Positions 1-11,565 of a stretch of 64,000 bases of DNA are shown here, piece after piece. Both the position numbers and the translations under genes were made by a program. Source of the stretch: Octopus sinensis (Eukaryota). The stretch is from assembly GCF_006345805.1 (NCBI RefSeq), contig NC_043019.1, forward strand, positions 14,631,360 to 14,695,359. The letters are read 5' to 3'. Numbering within the stretch: the stretch's first letter is position 1; each line of letters begins with the position of its first letter. The notes under the pieces were generated by a model. That model ran no database searches. It was not told the DNA's origin and was given only the letters and a program-made list of their open reading frames with translations.

Positions 1-1071
1 TAGTGACAGGTTGTGTCCTTGAGCAAGACACTTTACAGTAGTACCTGTATTTCAAAGAGCTGGCCTTGTCACACCGTGTGTCACACTGAATCTGCCTGAG
101 AACTACATTAAGGGTACACGTGTCTGTGGTGTGCTCAGCCGCTTGCACATTAATTTCACGAGTAAGCTGTTCCATTGATCGCATCAGTTGGGACCTTCGT
201 CATCATAACCGATGGAGTGCTCCTTAGTTATAGTAGCAGCAGTAGAGAAAGATAGCAATAATGACAATAGATTAATTGTGGCATTTGGAGAGGAATGAGG
301 AATGTGAAGGGCTACTAATTGTGGAATTTAAAGGGTCATTAATTGAGGCCAGGATTGAGGAGTGACTGTGGCTGCTGGTCATGTCTTCTACTTCTTCTTC
401 TTCTTGTGGTAAAAGAGTACAACGTTCTTATGACCGTGAGTCCACTGCCCTAACCACTGGGCCATTGTGTCTCCACTCATGTTGTTGTTGTTGCTGCTGC
501 TGCTATTGTTGCTGTAGCAGTTTTTGTTGTTGAAGGGGGTAGTTGGGGAAAATACATGTTGAAGCTTTACAAATGTCCTGTGGATTAATTTAAATTGTTC
601 TGCATCTGCTTCTCTGATTGGTTATTGAACTGTCTGAGTGTTCACAAAGCGCCAATGGTTTCGATCTGGGGAAGACAAAACCATGTGATTATGAGAATGT
701 TGATTTTCCTCTCAGGTTACTTTAGTTTATTGTAGACATGTACAACGATGTGCAACGATGAATCCGTGTAACAATATAACATAGTGGAGGTGGAATGTAT
801 ATATAAAGATCAAGTAAAGGAAGGAGGGGTTATTTTCAGAAAAACACACATTCTATTTCTTCCCCACAAATAGTTTCAATACAGTTCAACACAGGAAGAA
901 GGATCAATTTTCTTAGATAAGCATGCGGTTTGAAATTACACCACCATCTAGGATCTTGTATGTTTATGAAGAGCTAGGCAAACAGCCGAGCCACTAGTAC
1001 AAATTTATTTATTTCACAGTGACATTAATTGTTAGCAATCCATAAAATATTTTGAGATTCTTGTTACAGTT

Positions 1072-2480
1072 GTCATCATCATCGTTTAACGTCCGTTTTC
1101 CGCGCTAGCACGGGTTGGACGGTTCGACCTGGGTCTGAGAAGCCAGGGGCTGCACCAGGCTCCAGTCTGATCTGGCAGAGTTTCTACAGCTGGATGCCCT
1201 TCCAAACGCCAACCACTCCACGAGTGTAGTGAATGCTTTTTACGTGCCACCGGCACGTGCCGGGGAGCTCCGGCATCGGCCACGATCGGTTGGTGCTTTT
1301 AACGTGCCACCGGCACGGAAACCAGCCTAGGTGGCGCTGGCATCGGCCACGTTTGGATGGTGCTTTTTATGTGCCACCGGCACTGGAGCCAGTCGAGGCA
1401 GCGCTGGCATCGGCCACTTTCGGATGGTGCTTTTTATGTGCCACCGGCACAGAAGCCAGTCGAGGCGGCGCTGGCAACGGCCACGTTCGGATGGTGCTTT
1501 TTATGTGCTACCAGCACAGGTATCACAACTACTATTTCCATTGATATTTATTTTGATTTTCATGTACTTGACTCAACAGGTCTCCTCAAGCACAGCGGGA
1601 TGTTCTGGAATCCAAGGTACTTTGAATGGGCAGGGGCTATGCGGAACTGGTGCCGGAAGCAGCCCGGGTCTTTGCAGTTACAGCATATCTCCAGAGATCT
1701 TGGTCCTTCGCCATTGCCTCAGTGAGGCCCAACGCTCGGAGGTCATGCTTGACTACCTCATCCCATGTCTTCCTGGGTCTACCTCTTCCCCTGATACCTT
1801 CAACTGTTTGGGAGTGGCACTTCTTCACACATCTCTCTTCATCCATCCGCAGAACATGACCATACCATCGCAAGCGTCGCTCTTGCACACCACATCTGAT
1901 GCTTCTTATGTCCAGCATTTCTCTCAGGGTGCTTACACTGTCGTGTGTGCACAATGACATTACACATCCAGCGGATCATGCTAGCTTCATTTCTTTCAAG
2001 TCTACGCATGTCCTCTGCAGTCACAGCCCATGTTTTACTACCGTGAAGCATGGCAGTTCGCATACATGCATCATACAATCTACCTTTCACTCTGAGTGAG
2101 AGACCCTTTGTCGCCAGTAGGGGTAGGAGCTTTCTAAACTTTGCCCAGGCTATTCGTATTCTAGTGGTGACACTCTCTGAGCATCTACCTCCACTACTAA
2201 CTTGGTCACCCAGGTAGCGGAAACTATCGACTACTTCTAGTTTCTCCCCCTGGAGTGTGATGGAATTTGTTTTCTGAGTATTTGTGGTGTCCATTGTCCC
2301 TGTGCATCTGCCGCACATGAAAGCTATCTTATCAGTTAATTTCCCTTTGATGTTGCTGCACCTCTTATGCGTCCATAGCTTACACTGGGTGCATCTTATG
2401 GAGTTTCTACCTACGCCTTTCCGACAGATCGATCAGGGCCACCTGCCCGATGGGGTGTGTGCTGAGTTCGCCTTTCTGCT
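1072..2480 (-). mobile_element. 5'-truncated RTE-clade LINE: PHD-like Cys motif, ORF C-terminus, 3'UTR with 5 hairpin units and (GAT)n tail
   Basis: CSICRKGVGRNSIRCTQCKLWTHKRC..CGRC, LEVVDSFRYLG, RRLRWYGHVLRM..GRGRPRKTW; a frameshift splits ORFs 1839-2318 and 1637-1960; the sequence runs continuously into the tail ending at 1072. Confidence 0.85.
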
Positions 2481-3675
2481 TACTATAACTATATATATAT
2501 ATGTAAATTTTTTTTCGAAATGAGATAGAAAAATGAAGGCTGTGTAGATTTTAGAACATTTATAGACAGGTCTTACAGCTGTTTCCAGGATATTTATTAT
2601 ATCCCTTCATTGAAGACGGTGTGAGAGGATGGTTAAATAATAGTTAATTTATCTAAAGACCTTCTGTCTATAAATGTTCTAAAATCTACACAGCCTTGGC
2701 TTTTCTATCTCATTACAAAAAAAAATTTTTATATACACACATGACCAACATTGAACCCCTTTATTCACATAATCACCAAACCTGGAACTTAACTATGGTC
2801 TATCTACAGCACTTATTCAGCATTACCCGACACATTTGGGTCTCAATGACACCATTACCTCTCATAACCTCTCTGTCTATATATATATATATATATACCC
2901 CACCCATGCTTTCCCCACCTCCCAACATTACACCACACCACACTACACCATACAACATTACACATCACATCACAACACACCACCCACACACCAGCACTGA
3001 CCAATTCCCATCCCCACATTTTCACACCTACACATATATACACGCACACGTCCAGACCACCAGCCCTCTTTCACACACACATACGTACTCTCTTATACAC
3101 ACACGCACCTTCGTTGTGGGGGGGGTCATCTTTACTTTGTTATCTCCCCTACTTCTTCACTCTCCTGTGTGACCCTCTTGTCCGGCAGTTGCCATGATAG
3201 ATCGGTAGCCACTGCAATTTTTTTTCTCTCCTTGTTTTTTTCTGTGTCCCTTTCTGTAGAAGAGCGTAGGCTCGAAATGTAAAAGACTTTTTCTATTCCT
3301 GAGCGTTATACTAATACATCTGTTTGTTTTGTACACCACCTGTCTTTGTCTTTTGTTTTTTTCGTGAACTCTCCCTATATATATATATAGATAAGGTATT
3401 GGTATCTAGAAGATCCAAGGAGTGTTAGGTAACGCTAAGTAGGTGCTATGGACAGACCATATTTAAACTCTTGGTTAGATTGTGATACGAGTGAGGAGTT
3501 TAATGTGGGTCTTGTACTAGCATGTATTTATATATATCTTAGACAAAAAGAGATAACAAAGCCAAGGCTGTGAAGAGTTTTCAGGACATTTATAAGGAAA
3601 GAGATATAGATATAATCTTACAGCTGTTTCTGGGTTATTATGGATATCCCTTAATCTATTTAATCATCTCCCATC

Positions 3676-3723
3676 GTCTCTGATGAAGAGATATCCATAA
3701 TAACCCAGAAACAGCTGTAAGAT
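3676..3723 (+). ncRNA. Minimal type I hammerhead ribozyme motif (PLE-associated), core intact
   Basis: GTCT-CTGATGA-stem II-GAA-ACAGCTGT(palindrome)-A-AGAT; GUA cleavage triplet; stem II carries a mismatch. Confidence 0.55.
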
Positions 3724-3819
3724 TATATCTATATGTCTTTCCTTATAAATGTCCTGAAAACTCGCAGCCTTGGCTTTGTTATCCCTTTTTGTCTATCTAA
3801 TGATGATGATGATGATGTA

Positions 3820-4118
3820 TATATAACTGAAGTTGTGTGAGAGTCTGTCTCCTCCGATTTAGATTCCTAACTACTCCCACATTTTGCGGTGCAGTTTAAC
3901 CAAAAGCGGATATCTTATAGTCATGAATCATAGCAAGCCCTTCTGGGTATTAGCGCGCATCTACGATGAGACTACGATTTCAAATAAAATTTACCATCAT
4001 TTTTTCGTTTTTTTAATGCATTTTTTGCTCGGTTTATATAAGGGAAGTAACTCTCTAAAAATGCTTATATAGTTATTTCCCTTACAAACCCGAGCAACAC
4101 CGGGCGATACTGCTAGTA
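3820..4118 (+). mobile_element. Helentron-like non-autonomous element (HINE); related ends at 19230-19605(-), 30812-31200(-) and 31200-31905(+)
   Basis: Starts TATATAA; ends in subterminal hairpin CCCGAGCAACACCGGG plus CTAGTA, as in DINE-1/HINE-type elements. Confidence 0.55.
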
Positions 4119-4152
4119 CATATATAAATTAAAGACTTATTGTAAAAAATAC

Positions 4153-4158
4153 TTTATT
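4153..4158 (-). promoter_or_regulatory. Candidate polyadenylation signal (AATAAA) of the CEP350-like gene
   Basis: AATAAA on the minus strand about 150 nt after the stop codon, just before a repeat element begins. Confidence 0.45.
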
Positions 4159-4303
4159 TTTACTCTCAACAAACAGTGACTCCACATTAAAAATAAGAAT
4201 TAAAATACAGAAAGAAGAAATATACAGTTAGATAAGCACATTTCATACGAGTCGCTGCACCGGGCGGTTGAGCAACTCATGAGTGCGAAGGTGGTCCAGA
4301 AAG

Positions 4304-5034
4304 TTAAAGCTGTACCTGCTGCCACTGAGAGTGTTTATTATAAATATGTTTAAATGTATCGACAGTGTTCCCAATCAAAGAGTCCATTATACTGTTCGTG
4401 AGCTGCAACTTCAGCTGCAGCTCATCGGAGTCATAGTTCACCCACTGCGGTTCTTCATCTTGCAGTTCTTGCACCAAGATCCGGTCGACGTGGTCTTTCT
4501 TCGACGTCTTCCATTTGTCGAACTCGTGGCCGCGGCTGCTGCTGCCACAGGGCACTGCCTCGCCGTCCAGATGCAGCAGGCTGCCGATGGCCTTCTCCAC
4601 GACCCGTTTCAGTTCGTCGAGACATGCCGGTGGCTTAGAATGCATACGATAGTATCTGTTGATATTCAGCTGACTGTTCTGCAAGAGCAACTGAGCAAAC
4701 ACGCCCTCGCTTTGGTCCTCATGTTCGCTTTTGTGCAGTCTGTTGCTTTGATCATGCTTGTCTGCATAGATTTCACTCACAATTTCCCGGGTCAAGTCAA
4801 AAAGCATGGTTTTGTATGAGCGGCAGCTGTGCTCATCAAACTCAGTCGAGAGGTTTTCTGTAACGGAGAGGAATGTCTCTGGTAAAGCAATATCTTGTAA
4901 CTGCGTACTCTTCTGTTTGTCTTGCCAAAGAATCTCAACAGCATCGGACACCAACTGCTGAATTTCTTCACGTTTATGAGGCACAGCATAATATTCTTTG
5001 GTGATCTTCAACAGCTCAGGTTTAGCAATTGCAT
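4304..5034 (-). CDS. CEP350: CEP350-like last coding exon (731 nt, DUF4378-like C-terminus)
   Basis: Acceptor tttttttcccag|ATGCAATT, phase 1; ends at TAA 4304-4306; encodes [19 protein letters not shown]. Confidence 0.92.
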
Positions 5035-8000
5035 CTGGGAAAAAAAACAAAAAAAAACCATGGATCAATAGTAGAAAATCTATCACAGATTCGAATAATA
5101 ATAATCCTTTCCAATATAGGCACAAGGCCTGGAATTTGTGGGGAGGGGGATAATCAGTCACATTGACCTCAGTACATGACTGGTACTTAATTTATTGACC
5201 CCTAAAGGATGAGTAGCAAAGCTGACTTTGGCAGAATTTGAACTCAGAATGTAAAGACAGATGAAATACTGCTAAGCATTTCGCTGCATGCTAATGATTC
5301 TGCCAGTTTGTAGCCTTAACAACAACAACAACAACACAACAACAACCACAACAACAACAACCACAACAGTTTGACAGGAGGTGGCAAGGCTGGAGAGCTG
5401 CATCAAGCATCAACTGTTCATTTTGGCAAGGTTTCTATGATTAATTTGCATCTACATTTTATCATTTTATGCTCAGCGTCAAAAGCTTAATTTTATTTTG
5501 GTTCAATTTGTTCGCCCACAGTATTGTATGTGGTTTAATTATTTATTTAAATAATTATTTAATTAGTGGAAAATTAGTTTTTCTCATGATATTACTTTTG
5601 CAAGGGTTGCAAAAATTTAATCAAACATTTCCTAGGAGTAAGGAGCAGAGAAAAGTTTAGGAACAACTCCGTCCCCATTATACAATGAAAACCAGAAGAA
5701 TAGAATCATAAGTTTACAGCTTACCATTTTCTTTGGAACCTGGATATGGTGGTGGAGGCTTATAGGGAGTCAAATCAAAGTCTCCAAAGAAATCATCGGT
5801 GTCCGCGCTGTCTGGAGTCTATGAAGGAGAGAAAAAAAAACACCAAAAAGGTCTCATTGGGGTTCATGAAATATCAAGAGATTAAGAGATGAAATGGTGA
5901 CTTTATGACGGAAATATTAAGTGATACTGACAGAGAAATGAGCCATGTGGACAGTGTTATAAGTAACTAGGTTGCTCTGGGTTAAATATAATACCAACAG
6001 CAATAACTGGGTGGAACGGAGAGTGTTGTTAATCACTAAAATTAAAGTAGGTAGGGGGTCCAAAAGCGGTCTCAAGGAGTAGCGTCCCTACCTTCCTGAG
6101 CTAGTTTTCCACCACATTTCTTTAAAACTGTGGTTAGAGGCCTTGGTCTTGGGACCACCCATGTCTAGAAACTGAGGTTGGGGTTAAGCGAGGGCATGCT
6201 ACCCGTAGAAAATCCAGCTCCAAAAAAAAGCCTCATGATAGCAAGGGAGAATGGGCACCAGCCAGCCAGCCTAAAAGTTGGGGTGGGCTGCACCTGCCTG
6301 CCTCAGTTGCTATGGCATTGAGGTAGATCCAGCCAACTCCGTTAACACCAATTTACACCAGCAATGCTACAATGCCACCTTAAGAATAAACACAACTATG
6401 CCTCTCCTGGTCTCGATGGTGTTACATACCTACTTCTCAAACGCAGTGGGTACTTCCTTCTAAGCCAACTTTCTCTATTCTTCCAATTCTGTCTTGACAA
6501 TGGTGTTACTCCAGAACAGTGGAAAACTGCCAGTGTTATCCCTCTGTTCAAAAAAGGTGACCGCACATCGCCTGTCAACTATCGCCCTGTTAGTCTTACT
6601 AGCTGCATCGCCAAACTGATGGAATCCTGTATCAGAGAAACACTCTGGAACTTCTGGAAGTCTCACAGCCTCATCCAGCCGTCACAATTCGAATTTATTC
6701 CTAACTCCAGCTGCTGTAATCAACTCATCGAGTTTCTTGAGGACGTTACCCAAATCACTGATCGCAGATCTTGGGTGGATGTTGTTTACCTGGACTTTGC
6801 TAAGACTTTTAACTCTGTGCCACACAAAAGACTTATGGTGAAGCGTTCTGCGTTGGGCATAAAAGACGAACTCTATAACTGGTTGAAGTCCTTTATTTTC
6901 GGCCGAAAAGAGGTTGTCACAGTTCTAGGACAGCACTCTTCGCCCTATGAGATGACATCTGGTGTACCACAGGGATCTGTTCTTGGCCCCCTTTTATTTG
7001 TTGCATATGTTAATGACATAGATGCCAACTTAAAGAATGCTACAGTGCTGAAATATGCAGATGACATCAAGCTGTACCTCGAAATAAAGAGGTCAGATCC
7101 TGTACACTATAGATCTCTATTGCAAGCAGACCTGGACACAATGCAGCAGTGGATCATGGACTGGCAACTCAAGCTGGCTGTGGACAAATGTACCACCATG
7201 CATTTTGGGAGGAGAAACCCAGCGTCCACCTACTCCCTCCACAACACTAGTCTCAAAAAGTCTTCATGTGAACGTGACCTGGATGTTATTTTGCGTTGGA
7301 CAAAACACATCGCTAAAATTGTCAAGAAGGCTGAGGGTGTCTTAGCATCACTCACCAAATCCTTTGTGAGCCGCTCTCCGAATATCTATCTGCGGCTTTA
7401 TATAGCTATGGTAAGACCTCACCTGGAATTTGCATCACCGGTCTGGAACCCCTATCTTGCCCAGGATATTAATCGTCTGGAAGCCGTTCAGTGACGTGCA
7501 ACCAAAAGAATACCCTCCATCAGGCATTTGCCATATCCTGAACGCCTTACTTCCCTGGGCATGGACACATTGAAACTCCGATGTCGGGCAGCTGACTTGG
7601 CAGACACCCATAAAATTATCAACCGTCGTACAAACAATAACTCTGAGCACCTTTTCAAACTCCACCCATCTAACACCCGTGGACATATTTACAAAGTCAG
7701 AAAACAGCACAGCTCCCATGACTTCAGGAAACATTTTTTCACGCTGAGAGTTGCTGAAGCATGGAACAAACTGCCAGCATCAGTTGTTAGTTGTCGGAGT
7801 ACTGCATCCTTCAAAACTTCCATGCTTCCTGAGATTCGCCAACACTACACCTGATTTTCTCCCCTCTATACACACACAAGCATGTATCTGACTCATGCAT
7901 TGTTCGCTTTCCAGACATTTGTACACTACTGCATATACTCTGACAAGTTGTGGTGCACCTGAGCACTGTATACAATAATTTCATTATCATTATTATATAA

Positions 8001-10978
8001 AAACCAGATTTAAAACATTGGATGTATGAACGTGTGTGTGTGTATTATATATGACAGGTTTCTTTCAGTTTTCATCTACCAAATATCCACTTACAAAACT
8101 TTTGGTTGGCCTGAGGCTATGGTAAAGACACTTGACCAAGGCGCTTCACAGGGAGACAGACTGGAAAGCAAGCTTCTCAACCAAAGCCATGACTACATGA
8201 ATGATGATAATAAAAAATAATTTCATTTTAAATCACAAAAAAAAAAAATAGAAAAAGAAAAAAAAAAACGGTCTTTACCTTCTTCATGTGACTGGGTAGA
8301 GGAGAATGAGGTCGGGATACGTTTTCCATCTTGTCTGCATCTTCAACATCGGCAGTTCCGAGGTCATCGGAAGACTCGGATTCAGGTGAAAGGGTCCACA
8401 CGAAAAGATCCTCTTCAAAGCTGGACGATTGTTCAAAATGGGATCCCCTTCGCGTGGCCACTTTCCCTAAGTCAATGCTCACTTTCCCCTTTTTACCCGG
8501 CGACGCAGAAGGGGATGCAGTGGATAACTTCCGATTGTGAATGTCCACAATGTTGCCGACGGCATCGTCCACCAGAGAAGCCACCATTTCATCAACAAAA
8601 TACTGCTGTTGAGTGTTAAACCCGCTTTCTGGGGGCTTCTCCCAAGCTGACCTGGCTGTTGCAGGAGGAGATACTTTACCAGCAACTGACTGGTTCCCCA
8701 GTGACAAGGACTTCCTCTTCGGCTTTGGTAACGCCCCTTTGGACTGGGCCATGGTCTGCTTCCTGTTGGCGACCACTTCACAGACAGTTGTGATGGACTG
8801 AGACACAAACTCATCGACAAGATCGCAAACTAGTTTCTCTACGTATTCATTCTGAGAGACTTTCTTTTCGGTGGGTGTTTCTGGGGAATCTTGTAATTCT
8901 GCCATTACGTCTATTCTCGCTGTTACATCTGTTGCCGTTGCTCGTTGTAATTCTTTCATTACTGCTGCGTCTCCACCTGTTACTGATATCGTTGTTGTTG
9001 TTGTTTGGATTGCATTTACAGATTTTGGAGAAGCTGTTAAAAGAGAAGTTTCTTCATCTGATATGGATGCTGAATCACAAATAGCTTTATCGGCCTTCTT
9101 GGAATCACAGACAATTTGATCGGTCTTCTTCGACTCACGAATCCCTTTGCTCTCTTCCTCTTGTTCCTGCAAACTTGTCTTGGACACGTCTTCCTCTTCT
9201 GACTCCTGCAACCTCATCTTTGACTCACATTCCTTTTCCGACTCTGACTCCTGCAACGTTGTATTGGACTCACGTTCTTTCTCAGACTCCTGCAAACTTG
9301 TCTTGGACACGCCTTCCTTCTTTGATGCCTGCCATCTTGTTCTGAACTCACCTCTCTTCTCTTCCTCCTGACACTTCATCTTGGACTCACGTTCTTTCTC
9401 CGACTCCTGCAACCCTGTCTCGGATACACCTTCCTTCTCTGACTCCTGCCAGCTCATCTTGGACTCACTCGCCTCCTCTGATCCAGAAGTGGTGCCCCCT
9501 GCTTCACGTATCTTTTCAATGATATCAGCTGCCATTTCACTTTCCCGAGAGAGCTCCTCCGCTGGACGTCCCGCAGCAATGCCTGCATTCATCACACGCG
9601 CCTTTTCCTGTTCAAAGAGATTATCACCAGAATTCCTCTCACCTTCCGATTCATTCAAACATTCAACATCCACAAAACGGTTGCCATTTACAGACACGTC
9701 CTCCTTAACGAAGTCCTCGTTAGACAGGCTTAATTTCAAGGGGTAACTTCTGCTGCTGTTGCTGGTTTCGCTGTGATCTGGGATCTGCTCACTAATGTCA
9801 TCGTCAGTGTTGTCATCATCGCTGTTGTCATCACGAAGGCTGGTAGTGGTTCCATTGTCCTTTACGTCATGTCCAGCTGCGGATGCAGAACAGTGAGACG
9901 GGTGACTGGCCCAGCTTTTGTCCACTTCAAAGTCATCCGAGTAATAATGTCCAGATAATGTTGAGGAATCGTCGTGTTTCTCGGACAAGTCTTTGGATTT
10001 AGTTGTCTCGATCGGTTTTGGTTCCGAAACACTATGCGCCAATGGAGAGGGCGCTGATGACAACGAAGGTGGCAAAGAAGATGAGTGTGCTGGTGGTGGT
10101 GGAGGTGATGATGACGGTAGTTGTGGTTGTGGTGACAATGAGGGTGGTGGTGGTGATGACGATGTAGGTGGTGGTGGTGGTGATGAAGATGGCGGCGGCG
10201 GCGGTGACGCAGGGGGTGATGATGCCGGTGGGGACGACGACGGTAGTGGTGGTGGTGGTGATGAAGGCAGTGGCGGGGACGACGACGGTAGTGGTGGTGG
10301 TGATGAAGGCAGTGGCGGGGACGACGACGGTAGTGGTGGTGATGAAGGCAGTGGCGGGGGCGACGGCGGCGGGGAAGTAGTCGGAAGAGGGGGCGAAGGT
10401 AATTCTGCTGCTAACGCCGTCGTCGGGTCGACAACGACGGGCATGATGCCCGCTGCCAGTTCGGAGACATCCTTGCTCTTACCGCTTCCTTCCGTCTCCG
10501 CCGAAGACATTTCCTCTGAGATACTCTCCGATATTTCCGTGGACAGGCAACTCTCCAGCCCCTTGGAAGTGGAAGAAAAGTCGCCCTTTGTATTCTCAGT
10601 CACTTTCTTATCTAAACTCTTCTCGGTTATTTCAGACGCCAGCGCCACATCCTTCTCGTCCATTTTGCCACCGAGCTGGACATCAGCATCGTCCGATGGC
10701 TGCTTCGAACTTGCTCGTAAATCTTTCATCACAACCAAAGACTGCGAAGAGTGGGACAGGCTACCATCAACTATATCTTGTGAGATGTTATTATAAGTTA
10801 TTTCTTCGGCTATGCTGGCTTTGATGCTGGTTGCTGGTGGTGACTTTTCCGACTCGCAGCTTCCTGTCTCCAGTGGTCTTGGGGTCAAAGCCACTGAACA
10901 TGTTGCAGCTTCATGGAACTCGCTTTTCATCGGTGATAATGGCGAGGACAAGGCTGAAATAAAAAAAAAAAGATGATG

Positions 10979-11027
<49 letters not shown>

Positions 11028-11517
11028 CTTTTTTACGGTAGGCACAAGGCCTGAAATTTGTGGGATGGAGGGGGTTAGTTGATTACATCGACCCCAGTGT
11101 TTCACTGGTACTCAATTTATCAACCCTGAAAGGATGACAGGCAAAGCCGACCTCAATGGAATTTGAACTCAGAACGTAGTGACGGGTGAAATATCGCTAA
11201 GCATTTCGTCCAAAGCGTTAACAATTCTTGTTTTTTTATTGCCCACAAGGGGCTAAACACAGAGGGGACAAACAAGGACAGACAAAGGGATTGAGTCGAT
11301 TACATCAACCCCAGTGTGTAACTGGTACTTAATTTATCGACCCCGAAAGGATGAAAGGCAAAGTCGACCTTGGCGGAATTTGAACTCAGAATATGCAGAC
11401 AAACAAAATGCTTAGCAGCATTTTGACTAAGTGGTCATCGTTGGAATGCGAAGGAAAGTCAAATGCTTAGCAGCATTTTGTCTGGCATGCTAATGATTTT
11501 ACTTGCTACCCGCCTTC

Positions 11518-11565
<48 letters not shown>

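Noticed and set aside
9993-10796. 267-aa Gly/Asp-rich plus-strand ORF
   Set aside because: Antisense shadow of the Pro/Ser repeat in the CEP350 exon; no independent promoter or splice evidence.
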